A stretch of 64,000 nucleotides of DNA from Promethearchaeota archaeon (GTDB taxonomy: Archaea; Asgardarchaeota; Lokiarchaeia; Sigyniarchaeales; SOKP01), in the NCBI GenBank assembly GCA_016840085.1, contig JAEOTA010000019.1, positions 1 to 64,000 on the forward strand, read 5' to 3'. The notes under the pieces were generated by a model. The model made no database searches. It was not told the DNA's origin and worked only from the letters and a program-made list of their open reading frames with translations. The translations under genes and the position numbers were made by a program. Below are positions 51,093-60,736 of the stretch, piece after piece (the stretch's first letter is position 1; every line of letters starts with the position of its first letter).

Positions 51093-53375
51093 GTGATTAT
51101 GAGAAATTCTAAGAAGAATAAAAATATTGGTATTATTACTCTGTTTTTTTTAATTTTTTCTATAGTTCTATTTTATAATATCAATATTTCATATGCGGGG
51201 GATAATAATAATTCTTTAACGATTCCTTTAAAACTTCAAATTTTTGAATTCTCTGAAAAAAAAAGTACAATAAATAATGTAAGTTCTATAGATATTGAAT
51301 TACCCTCATCTACTTGGGATATCACTTATTTAGTAATGAATTTTACAAATATTGAATATTACGAGCGAGAAATAAAAACAATTGAAGATACGCCTACTAA
51401 GGATGATTTATTCATAGATAAACAAGATTTAGAAGGGCTTGGTGTTCAAATTACGCTAAATGATACCATAACGATTTATGGTGCTTATCTTAATATAAAA
51501 ACATCACTAACCCATACGTTGGATGATATATTTGTTCAAATAAGAGGTTATAATTCATCAATCAATGCGCCAAATAATACTATCTATGGATATATAGATT
51601 TAAATCATACAATAGTTGATGGATGGAATTATCAGAATTTTACCTCACCTATAACGCTCCCTAAGGGGCATTATTATTTAGTTATGCAAGGTTTTGTTCA
51701 AGCCGCAGGAATATATCAGTGGTATTATAATGATGTCGATCCAAATAATCCAAATTTATATAGATCAGAAAAAAATGGATTTGGTTGGGTAAATGGCATT
51801 CAAGGGTCACCATTTTTATATAAATTGGATCAAACGGTTAAGAAGAGAGATGTTTACCCGGAAGAATTCAATATGACTGCTGAAATAGACAGTGTCTCTT
51901 ATAGAATCTTAAATGGTATACATATGGGTTCAGGTACTCTTAAGTTACCAGATATTAATTTTTCTCCTAATGATGAAATTTTGCATATTCCTATTGAAAC
52001 TAATAGATTTTTCTTCGACTTAAATTATCATCTTAAATTACAAAATCAATTCCTCTCTAATGCTTTTGTTAATATATCTGTAAAAGAAGATAATTTCTGG
52101 AAAATTATTCCTGAGATTAATAGATGTAATTATTATTATTCTATTAAATTTGAATTGCCAAATAATTGGTATAATTTAGTCGTATCTAAGGATAATATAG
52201 ATATTACATCATCTGATGATATCATGATCAATGGAAATTTTTTACATATATTGAATAATACAATTAATGGTGATGCTGACTGGGAAATTACTACGAAATC
52301 ACCTAAAACTGATTTTACCTTAGATCTTAGTAGGGGGACTGAATTTAAACTAGGTAACGAATTAATATACTCGGCTATTGCTCTAATTAGAGAAGGAAAT
52401 TTTACATTCCTACTTTATAACGAACTTGGAGTAGAATTGGATAATAAAACAATAGCTGTAACTTCAGGTGATACAGTGTATTCTTTCAATATTACATCAA
52501 CTGCTTCTCTAGGCTATTGGACTGCCTATATTTATTGGAATAGCTACAATGATGCAAGCGTCAAATCTCAAGTATTCAAAATAATTCCCAATCGTCCCCC
52601 TCCCTTTGATATAAATCTTATTCCAGTAATTATAATAGGAGTAATATTAGGTGGTGGGAGTTTAACGAGTTTAACTGCTTATCAAACAATTAAAAGAAAA
52701 AAGAGAAGAAGTGATTTAAAACTTAAGGGAATATCTAATAAATTTAAGGATATCCTCAGTCTAAATTATCTGATGATCTCAGATATTAAATCAGGAGTAA
52801 ACGTATATGAACAATTCATTACGGGAAGATTTATGGATCCTAGCTTAATTTCAGGATTCTTGGATGCTATAAGAAACTTCGGGATTGAATTAACTGGCTC
52901 TTATCGCAAATCAGAAACATTGAGTCTAGATTATGAAGATTCAATAATTTTAATGAATGAATCTGAAGATTTTAGGATAATAATTGTATTGTCAGATAAA
53001 CCTTCAGAAGAATTCACAAATTCAATTACGAATTTGGCAAAAGATATTAAGGAAAAATATGGAGATCTACTTCGAGCGTTTAAAGGAGGACAAGTTACTC
53101 AATTTGCGGGTTTAAGTGAATTAATTGAAAAGCATCTAAATGTTTCATTTGCCTCACCATTAAAGATTGCTTTCCATAAGAAAGCCAAACTTAACACTAT
53201 CGAAAAATCAATCATACAAAAAGCAAATGAAATTATGAACCAAACCAATTTAGATTATTTCTACACATCATTTTTAATGCCTGATCAAAAGTTCGATCCT
53301 GAGACGACTAATGTAATATTCGATTTGATTAATAAAAAGATATTTCAACCAATTAGTTTAAATTTAGAAGAATAA
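51093..53375 (+). CDS. Single-pass membrane protein: large ectodomain, TM helix, cytoplasmic longin-like domain and C-terminal helical/wHTH-like tail
   Basis: Signal helix, many NxT/S sequons, TM plus KRKKRR, then LNYLMISDIKSGVNVYEQ...LISGFLDAIRNFG. Confidence 0.8.
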   Translation: MIMRNSKKNKNIGIITLFFLIFSIVLFYNINISYAGDNNNSLTIPLKLQIFEFSEKKSTINNVSSIDIELPSSTWDITYLVMNFTNIEYYEREIKTIEDTPTKDDLFIDKQDLEGLGVQITLNDTITIYGAYLNIKTSLTHTLDDIFVQIRGYNSSINAPNNTIYGYIDLNHTIVDGWNYQNFTSPITLPKGHYYLVMQGFVQAAGIYQWYYNDVDPNNPNLYRSEKNGFGWVNGIQGSPFLYKLDQTVKKRDVYPEEFNMTAEIDSVSYRILNGIHMGSGTLKLPDINFSPNDEILHIPIETNRFFFDLNYHLKLQNQFLSNAFVNISVKEDNFWKIIPEINRCNYYYSIKFELPNNWYNLVVSKDNIDITSSDDIMINGNFLHILNNTINGDADWEITTKSPKTDFTLDLSRGTEFKLGNELIYSAIALIREGNFTFLLYNELGVELDNKTIAVTSGDTVYSFNITSTASLGYWTAYIYWNSYNDASVKSQVFKIIPNRPPPFDINLIPVIIIGVILGGGSLTSLTAYQTIKRKKRRSDLKLKGISNKFKDILSLNYLMISDIKSGVNVYEQFITGRFMDPSLISGFLDAIRNFGIELTGSYRKSETLSLDYEDSIILMNESEDFRIIIVLSDKPSEEFTNSITNLAKDIKEKYGDLLRAFKGGQVTQFAGLSELIEKHLNVSFASPLKIAFHKKAKLNTIEKSIIQKANEIMNQTNLDYFYTSFLMPDQKFDPETTNVIFDLINKKIFQPISLNLEE

Positions 53376-53475
53376 CTAATAAAATTAAAACAAATAATAT
53401 CAACCAATTTAACAATAACAAAATCCTAAAACATTAAATCTTGAAATAAGAAATTACAATATAAAGTTTTACAAT

Positions 53476-53934
53476 ATGGATGAAATAATTTGGATTCACA
53501 TTATAGATGGCTCTGGTGCAAATATTTTTAGTTATGAAAATTATATCAAAGGAACTTCTGAAGTTAATCTCACTTTATTATCTCATTTTATCTATGCGTT
53601 ACGAGCAGTTGCAAAAAATATGGAAGTAGATGAAATTAAAGAAGTTGACATAGATAAAAATAAATTCTTTTTAATTAAAGAAAAATTAACTAATTTCCTC
53701 TTTATTATAAAAACTAAACCAAAAGCAAAGACTGAAATTATAACGCCAATATTAAGAAAAATTAAAGAAAAGTTTGTTGAGAAATTTACAGGGCATTTCA
53801 CTTTACCTATTCAAGATAAGATACAACTATTAAAATCGTTTAAAGAAGATGTTAAGAGAATAATTGAAGGTAAAAACCCCCGAATAGATCTAATAGACTC
53901 ACTCTCAAAAACTAAAAGAATTACTCGAATTTGA
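53476..53934 (+). CDS. Soluble longin-like domain protein
   Basis: IHIIDGSGANIFSY, LLSHFIYAL, FLFIIKT, LRKIKEKFVEKF. Confidence 0.7.
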   Translation: MDEIIWIHIIDGSGANIFSYENYIKGTSEVNLTLLSHFIYALRAVAKNMEVDEIKEVDIDKNKFFLIKEKLTNFLFIIKTKPKAKTEIITPILRKIKEKFVEKFTGHFTLPIQDKIQLLKSFKEDVKRIIEGKNPRIDLIDSLSKTKRITRI

Positions 53935-53974
53935 AGAACAAGATAAATATCAAATGATAATTTTATTTAAAATT

Positions 53975-54529
53975 TCAGCATATTTCTTCAAGTTCTATCA
54001 TTTTTCCTTCGTTGATTACCATGTTATTTAGCATTAATCGCATCAATGATTCGAATAACAGCTCGATATTCTCACCAGTTTTGCTGGAACATTCAATAAA
54101 TCCATTTAAACCCATCGATTTGGCAACTCTCGCTCCCACTTTTCGAGGGATTTCTCTAATAAAATCTAAATCTAACTTAGCACCAAGTAATATAATTGGA
54201 AATCTTTGGTTAGTTTTTTGTATTAGTGATAACCAATTACCAATATGAGAAAAGGAAGAGTAATTTGTTATATCATACATCAAAATGCCTCCCAAAGCGC
54301 CGTATAAATATTCAGGAAACATATATTGAAACCGTTTGTGCCCGGCAAAATCCCAAATCATTAGCTTTAATTCCTTTCCATCGAGCTCACAATCCTTAGT
54401 TTGAAAATCAACTCCAATTGTCCTTAAGCAATTATAATCAAATATATCAGTAATGAATCGCTTTACCAATGTTGTTTTACCAGAATCAGTATCGCCTAAA
54501 ATGACGGTTTTTAAAATTGCATCATACAT
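53975..54529 (-). CDS. Rab-like small GTPase
   Basis: GDTDSGKT, TIGVDF, WDFAGH, GAKLD, SSKTG. Confidence 0.9.
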   Translation of the reverse strand: MYDAILKTVILGDTDSGKTTLVKRFITDIFDYNCLRTIGVDFQTKDCELDGKELKLMIWDFAGHKRFQYMFPEYLYGALGGILMYDITNYSSFSHIGNWLSLIQKTNQRFPIILLGAKLDLDFIREIPRKVGARVAKSMGLNGFIECSSKTGENIELLFESLMRLMLNNMVINEGKMIELEEIC

Positions 54530-54867
54530 TTTAATATTATCTTATCCTATCTAAGTTCTTTATCGCGTTTTTCTTTAAAGTATAATATCCTTTTTTGTAA
54601 AAATTATTTGCATTACTACCCATGAAAAGCCCCATATTTAAATATTTTGGAATAAATTAATCAGTTTTTCATTTTTTTCATGGAACTTAATGGAAAATCA
54701 AAAAAGTATGCAGCATTTTAACTTTTTTCCTTTTTGTCCTATGAATAAAAGGAAAAATGAATCTAATAATATATGAATATGGACTATAATTATATTTGTA
54801 TTCTCATTTAGATGATTAAAATTATCAACCTAGGGCGTAAAACAATTATTTTCATGGTCTTCAACCC

Positions 54868-55575
54868 TTACTTAATTGTGATAATGAAATCAAAAAAAGA
54901 CTCTTCTTTCTTATTAGAGACATAGATTTGATCAACTTCACATAACACATCTCTATTTATTGCTTTTTTTAATATACCTTCAGAAATACCACACATTATA
55001 TAAACATGATATATGAAGTCATCAGTATCTTCTAAAAATATTGAATTCTTGAATCTATACGTGGCATTTTTCCCTTCTGGATCAATTTTCAATATTGTTA
55101 TATCGATATTTGGTTGAAAAATATCATAAGCAGAATAAAAAGCCTTAAAACTTTCTAAAAATAGCCTCGAAATGGGATGACTTTTTAAACCTCTCAATTG
55201 TTTCTGAATATTCGGCCCAAAAGAAAATTTAATATCATTTGCTGCTTCTCTTCCGATCTGTATTGCCACATCCTCATTATTTGGTAAATACTTTTTAAAT
55301 TTCGATAATAGAGCTTTATAATACGTTATAGCAGTTTCAAAAGGAATGAATTTTTCTTTTTTAGCAAAAAATAATTTATATGCTCCTACTTTTTTGCTGA
55401 ATATTTGATTTGTACGCTCAAGACTAAGCACATATTTAGAAACTGTGTTCCTTGAGAAATTAGTAATATTAACAATGTCTGAAGCAGTTATTCCTCCAGG
55501 ATTATCTCTAATACATTCTAAAATAACAAATTCATGATTAATAGTGTTCTTTTTGTTAGCCGTTGATCTTAACAC
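54868..55575 (-). CDS. Winged-HTH plus V4R/HNOX-like domain protein
   Basis: GITASDI...SRNTVSKY HTH; C-terminal half with QIGREAA, CGISEGIL, V-x-C-x-V. Confidence 0.7.
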   Translation of the reverse strand: MLRSTANKKNTINHEFVILECIRDNPGGITASDIVNITNFSRNTVSKYVLSLERTNQIFSKKVGAYKLFFAKKEKFIPFETAITYYKALLSKFKKYLPNNEDVAIQIGREAANDIKFSFGPNIQKQLRGLKSHPISRLFLESFKAFYSAYDIFQPNIDITILKIDPEGKNATYRFKNSIFLEDTDDFIYHVYIMCGISEGILKKAINRDVLCEVDQIYVSNKKEESFFDFIITIK

Positions 55576-55690
55576 CTTTAAAAAAAGTTCAGATATCTTT
55601 CAGTAACTTACAAAAGATATATTTATATATTAATCTATCAAAAATTTAATATATATATGTGATAACTATTCTTGATCATTAATTATCAAG

Positions 55691-58342
55691 GTGAAAAAAA
55701 TGTCTAAAAAAATATTAATTCTCTCTGCTGTGCTACTTACATTAGGATCAGGTTTAATACCTGGAGGTATTCTAATTGGGGATTATATTAATAATAGAGT
55801 AGCAAATTCTATTGATGAAGGTCTTTTAGGAATTGAAGAAGGAGCGATTCCATTAATCGAACCAATGATTAAAGAGAAGGGAATTCCACGCTCTCTTAGA
55901 GGAATTAGAGATACAGCGATTCCTATAATTGAACCCATGATTAAAGAGAAAGGAATTCCACAGGCTCTTAGAGGAATTAGAGATTCAGCAATACCTATGA
56001 TTGAACCCATGATTAAAGAGAAGGGAATTCCACAAGCCCTTAGAGGAATCAGAGATGAGGGAATCTCATTTGTAGAAGATATGGTAGAAGCTACATTTGT
56101 AGCTGTATTAATTAAAGTTATGGCACTGGATGGTGGAACTGTTTTAGGTACATATTATCCTCCTATTGGGATAGAAAATTTTTTTAATAATGACACTATC
56201 GGAGTTTGGGTTTTTTTTAGCGGCGTATCACATTATCATACTGAACCTCTATATTTTACTGAAGATGCTCAAAATAGGGTATTATTTGGCAACAGCACTA
56301 CAGTTCCAGGATATATTCCTAGCATTCAAGGCTTTCTTAATGATACATCAACAGGAGCTGGAGTTGCACTATTTTTAGATCAGTATTATAATGCGAATTC
56401 AAGCGAGACTAATGAATTGAAGGAAATAATGCAAGAAAACTATAATTGTACATGGGATCAATTAACAAAATTACATGAATATGTATGTGTTTACTTAATT
56501 GATTTAATTATCCCTATTATAATTCAAAATAACTTGCATGTAGAATATATGCCAGAATTAGCGGGACTTCTTTCAGTTAACGCAATTGCGAAAGCCCTTT
56601 TCATGGAACAGTGGGCTAATGGTACAATATTAGGTGAAGTCCAATATCCAGGAGGAATCGATTTTAGTGAAATGATCGAAGGCATAAACGAAACTCTTGT
56701 TGGATTCGAAGTGGGGCGTATAACCCCATCTAATATTACTCGAAAAGTAGCTTTAGCGCTCTTTGATGAGATTAATTACCCGAATGCCCTAACTAACGAT
56801 ACTGGAATTGACCCGTGGATTACTGCTTATACAAATAATACTATTAAGGATAACTTAATGAATGAATTCAATCTAACACAGACTCAGATGGATATGATTC
56901 TCTACTGGTTATTCGAAGAGTCTTTCAAGGACAATATCGTTCCTGAACTTATGAAGCTACCCCCTCCAGAGGGAATAGGTAAATCTATAACTGAGTTTGC
57001 AAAAGAGCTCCTATTGGAACAATGGGCTAATGGCACAATTTTAGGTGAAATTCTATATCCAGGTGGTATTGATTTTAGTGAATTGCTTGAAAGTATAGAT
57101 GAACCTCTTGTTGGATTTGAAGTGGGGCGTATAACACCATCTAATATTACAACAAAATCCGCTGTGGCACTCTTCGACGAAATTAATTACCCAAACGCCC
57201 TAACTAACGATGATGGAATTGAACAATGGGTTACTGCTAATGCAAATAATGCAATAAAAGATGCATTAAAGGATGAATTCAATTTAACGCAAACTCAAAC
57301 AGATATAATCCTCTATTGGTTGTTCGAGGAATCATTTCAGGAAAATATTGTTCCTGAATTAATGAAACTGCCCCCTCCCGATGGTGTGGGTATGAGTATC
57401 ACAGAATATGCGAGAGTGTTATTATTGGAACAATGGGCTAATGGTACAATATTAGGTGAAACTCTATATCCGGGAGGAATTGATTTTAGTGATATACTCG
57501 AAGGAGTAACTGATACTCTTGTTGGATTTGAAGTGGGTCGGGAAACACCCTCAGGCATTACGTTAATGTCCGCTTCGGCACTCTTTGACGAAATTAATTA
57601 CCCAAATGCTCTAACTAACGATACTGGAATTGAACAATGGATTACGGCTTATACTAATAATACTGTTAAGGATGCGTTGATGAGTGAATTCACTCTAACG
57701 CAAACTCAAATGGATATGATACTCTATTGGTTATTTGAGGAATCTTTTCAAGAAAATATTGTCCCTGAACTTATGAAACTAGCACCTCCAGATGGAGTAG
57801 GTATGAGTATCACAGAATATGCAAGAGTTTTATTTTTGGAACAGTGGGCAAATGGCACTGCAGAAGGAAAAATTCTCTATCCTCATGGATTTCCACTCCC
57901 TTTAAAAGCTGGCACAATATATGGACTTGAAGTGGGATATCAGGGCATAGATATGTCTGTATTGCCAACTAATATGTCATTAAAATCAGCAGAATTGCTT
58001 TGGGATATTTCAAGCGAATTTTCAATAGTAAACAAAATAGGTCTTAGTAAATGGTTGTCAGCAGTAAGAAATCCTAACTCCGCTATAGCTGCTGAATTAC
58101 AATCTGTGAATTACTTAGAAGATGATGAAATGATGATGATTTTAAGTTGGCTACCAAAGTTTAGAGACAATATAATGCCATATCTCGCTCAAGAAGAAAT
58201 GAATTTGCCTTCAGATGCAACTACTTATGCAAATTCAATCGCCCTTGGAATGGTAATTCCGGGAGGGATTTCTATTGGCCTTGGATTGGCAGGTCTAGTA
58301 AGTAATTTACTTGTAAAAAGAAAACTTAAAATAACTCAGTAA
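55691..58342 (+). CDS. Large acidic repeat protein anchored by N- and C-terminal TM helices
   Basis: Hydrophobic termini; 3x24-aa repeats and 3-4x137-aa repeats. Confidence 0.85.
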   Translation: MKKMSKKILILSAVLLTLGSGLIPGGILIGDYINNRVANSIDEGLLGIEEGAIPLIEPMIKEKGIPRSLRGIRDTAIPIIEPMIKEKGIPQALRGIRDSAIPMIEPMIKEKGIPQALRGIRDEGISFVEDMVEATFVAVLIKVMALDGGTVLGTYYPPIGIENFFNNDTIGVWVFFSGVSHYHTEPLYFTEDAQNRVLFGNSTTVPGYIPSIQGFLNDTSTGAGVALFLDQYYNANSSETNELKEIMQENYNCTWDQLTKLHEYVCVYLIDLIIPIIIQNNLHVEYMPELAGLLSVNAIAKALFMEQWANGTILGEVQYPGGIDFSEMIEGINETLVGFEVGRITPSNITRKVALALFDEINYPNALTNDTGIDPWITAYTNNTIKDNLMNEFNLTQTQMDMILYWLFEESFKDNIVPELMKLPPPEGIGKSITEFAKELLLEQWANGTILGEILYPGGIDFSELLESIDEPLVGFEVGRITPSNITTKSAVALFDEINYPNALTNDDGIEQWVTANANNAIKDALKDEFNLTQTQTDIILYWLFEESFQENIVPELMKLPPPDGVGMSITEYARVLLLEQWANGTILGETLYPGGIDFSDILEGVTDTLVGFEVGRETPSGITLMSASALFDEINYPNALTNDTGIEQWITAYTNNTVKDALMSEFTLTQTQMDMILYWLFEESFQENIVPELMKLAPPDGVGMSITEYARVLFLEQWANGTAEGKILYPHGFPLPLKAGTIYGLEVGYQGIDMSVLPTNMSLKSAELLWDISSEFSIVNKIGLSKWLSAVRNPNSAIAAELQSVNYLEDDEMMMILSWLPKFRDNIMPYLAQEEMNLPSDATTYANSIALGMVIPGGISIGLGLAGLVSNLLVKRKLKITQ
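55844..56059 (+). repeat. Three 72-nt (24-aa) tandem repeats
   Basis: AIPxIEPMIKEKGIPxxLRGIRD at 55844, 55916, 55988. Confidence 0.9.
56606..57900 (+). repeat. 411-nt (137-aa) tandem repeats
   Basis: EQWANGT at 56606, 57017, 57428, 57839. Confidence 0.9.
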
Positions 58343-58482
58343 CATTTTTTTTTTATTTGGAGATAAAGACGCTATAACTGCCTTTTATGACTTTCAAAAG
58401 CATAAAATAAAAGATTCACTCGATAATTATTTATTAATTAAGAATATTTCAATTACTTCAAACTTTTTTAAACATAATCACC

Positions 58483-59013
58483 GTGATAATTATTATGGAA
58501 ATGACGTTATTTGATCAACTTGATAAAAATCAATTAAAAGAATTACTTATAAAATGTTGGATGACTCATGACGGTTCATGGTTTTATAACTGTGTCCGTG
58601 AATTAGGAGTTGATACTGCTAACAAACTAAATAAAGCAGCTATTAAAACTCTTTCAGAAGTTGAAATGCAAAGAATAAAAAAGACAATGGGATGGGAAAA
58701 CGTAAAAATAAAAACGTTTGAACAATTAAAGGATTTTATTATTAATGGCTTTAGTGTATTAAAAGGGGATTTTATGGATTTTGAATATACCTTCCCTGAA
58801 AATAATCGGATGCATTGGGAAATGAACCGATGTTTTGCCTACAACGGCATGAAAATGATTGGAGTTAACAAACAATATGAATGTGGCATAATATACCGTG
58901 TTAGTTGCTGGCTGGATGCTCTGGGTATAAGCCATACCATTGAGCCTGAAATCGATAAATGTTTATTAAATTCTCGTGAAAAATGTTCTGGGGATATAAT
59001 ATTGAATCTTTAG
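58483..59013 (+). CDS. DUF6125-like protein (V4R/ATC-hydrolase-related)
   Basis: WMTHDGSWF, RCFAY, YECG, CLL...CS. Confidence 0.7.
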   Translation: MIIIMEMTLFDQLDKNQLKELLIKCWMTHDGSWFYNCVRELGVDTANKLNKAAIKTLSEVEMQRIKKTMGWENVKIKTFEQLKDFIINGFSVLKGDFMDFEYTFPENNRMHWEMNRCFAYNGMKMIGVNKQYECGIIYRVSCWLDALGISHTIEPEIDKCLLNSREKCSGDIILNL

Positions 59014-59195
59014 GGCTAATTAGCATTTATTCTTTATCTTATATTTTATTTTAACGAATTTCCCAATAAAAATCAGGATATTCTTATAATTTTCCTATGG
59101 ATATTTAGTGTGATTTTACTTTTTGTTGGTGGAGTCATTTATAATGATACATTAATTTCGAAAAAAAAATAGAATTTAATTAATTTTATGATATT

Positions 59196-59615
59196 TCATT
59201 TTTTTTTTCTAAGAATTAATATTATGAATACAGTACCGATTATAAAGGAGAGATTATATCCTGGAATTGCTGGTGCTTGTTGTTGGAGAATTTTACCTTT
59301 TATAACAACTACACTTTCAGAAACCATATTTCTTGCTCTATCCTGGGCATAATAAGTTATTATAATTTCTCCTTCAGGTATAGCATCCCATGCATCTTGA
59401 TCGATAGAACCATTTAATTCTGTAAAATCAAATTCTCCGGAGACTCCTTCTATTATATACCATGTAGAGATTAAATTCACTTCAATTATAGATAAATTAT
59501 AATTTGGAGGTGTACTCGCAAATTTTTCACCCTCAAGAGGTGAATATATAGTAATTATAGGCTCAAGGGTATCTTTGTAAATTAATATGGAATCAAAATT
59601 GATTCGCTCTTTCAA
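59196..59615 (-). pseudogene. 3' fragment of an Ig-like surface protein with Loki-CTERM-like tail
   Basis: KDTLEPIITIYSP...YAQDRARN; IPGYNL-TM-RKKK; no signal peptide, frame closed upstream. Confidence 0.65.
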
Positions 59616-59768
59616 TAGTTTGTGGTTTGTGTTAATTGGAATATTCCTTATATCGTCAACAAGGAAAACTTATACTTGGACATTATACCAAGTAAAGCTT
59701 TCAAACATCAAAGTTAAAGATATTATAAAAATAGTATTCTTAAAAATAGATTTTGTTTTTCTCTTCAT

Positions 59769-60167
59769 TTAATAATCAATTTTTTTGACTTTGAGATTTT
59801 CCACATCCTTAAAGTGAGTTTCCGTAGTGTAAATAAATATTTTCCGAGTTAGCGCTTCAGCAATCATTATTGCATCCACTATTGATAGGAATTTATACTT
59901 ACACTTAAGTTCTCCCGCCAATATTGATATGTTTTTGCTAAGAGGTATAAACTTGATTATATTACCTTGACGGAGATTTTCCATTATAATTTGAGCGTTG
60001 ATTTTTCCTTTTTCTCTGCATAAATGATTAAATAGTTCAATATAATTTAATTCTGAAGATATGAAATTAAATTGATTTTTTTTAGTCTTAATCTTTTTAA
60101 GTGTTTCTTCATGATTACTTTGGTATAAAGTAATAACCCCCGAATCAAGAAAGATGGTATTCTTCAT
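59769..60167 (-). CDS. vapC: PIN-domain toxin
   Basis: FLDSG, E, LSIVDA, YTTETHF; overlaps the antitoxin stop. Confidence 0.85.
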   Translation of the reverse strand: MKNTIFLDSGVITLYQSNHEETLKKIKTKKNQFNFISSELNYIELFNHLCREKGKINAQIIMENLRQGNIIKFIPLSKNISILAGELKCKYKFLSIVDAIMIAEALTRKIFIYTTETHFKDVENLKVKKIDY

Positions 60168-60430
60168 TAAGATTTCCCCTGATATAATTTATTTTTATCA
60201 TGTTCTATTTCTTTTTTGCGTTCTTTAGAGATTTCTTCAATGATCTTGATACCTGTCTCCTTATCTAATATTGATTGCATTTTCTTATCCGAAAGATAAG
60301 GTAATATTTTAATTCCTTCTAAAGGGTGATCAATAATTATTACTTTATCACCATCCTTCCATCCATATTTCTTCCTTATTTCTGAAGGAATCGTTATGCG
60401 TCCATGATTGCTTATATTTGTTATTGTCAT
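60167..60430 (-). CDS. AbrB/MazE-family antitoxin
   Basis: ISNHGRITIPSEIRKKYGWKDGD; ATG 60430. Confidence 0.85.
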   Translation of the reverse strand: MTITNISNHGRITIPSEIRKKYGWKDGDKVIIIDHPLEGIKILPYLSDKKMQSILDKETGIKIIEEISKERKKEIEHDKNKLYQGKS

Positions 60431-60736
60431 GGTATATAAATAGAAAATTAAGAATTTAAATATGCTTACAATTTTCAAAAATTGCTAAGCACATTGTATA
60501 AGATTATAAAATGTTTGGTAACACTTTGGAATAATAAATATTACTTTCACCCTCCATTCTTACTTGATTACGATATTAAAAAAAACGAGTAGAAATAAAA
60601 TAATATCGCTCAATTAAATTATTTGATTTCTAAAGACCAATTTTTATACAATAGAGTGAATTAAAAATTTATCAATAGGAATAAATCAATTTTCTCTAAA
60701 CCAATTTTGATTTCAGTCATATCTGTAACTTGGTAT

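Noticed and set aside
54725-54758. Inverted repeat TTTTTCCTTTT...AAAAGGAAAAA upstream of the Rab-like gene
   Set aside because: Low complexity in AT-rich DNA; cannot be distinguished from chance
2177-57558. Many 60-130 aa ORFs nested in or antisense to long genes (e.g. 2450-2752, 3796-4200, 10763-11086, 27249-27554, 34082-34375)
   Set aside because: They overlap well-supported genes and carry no motifs
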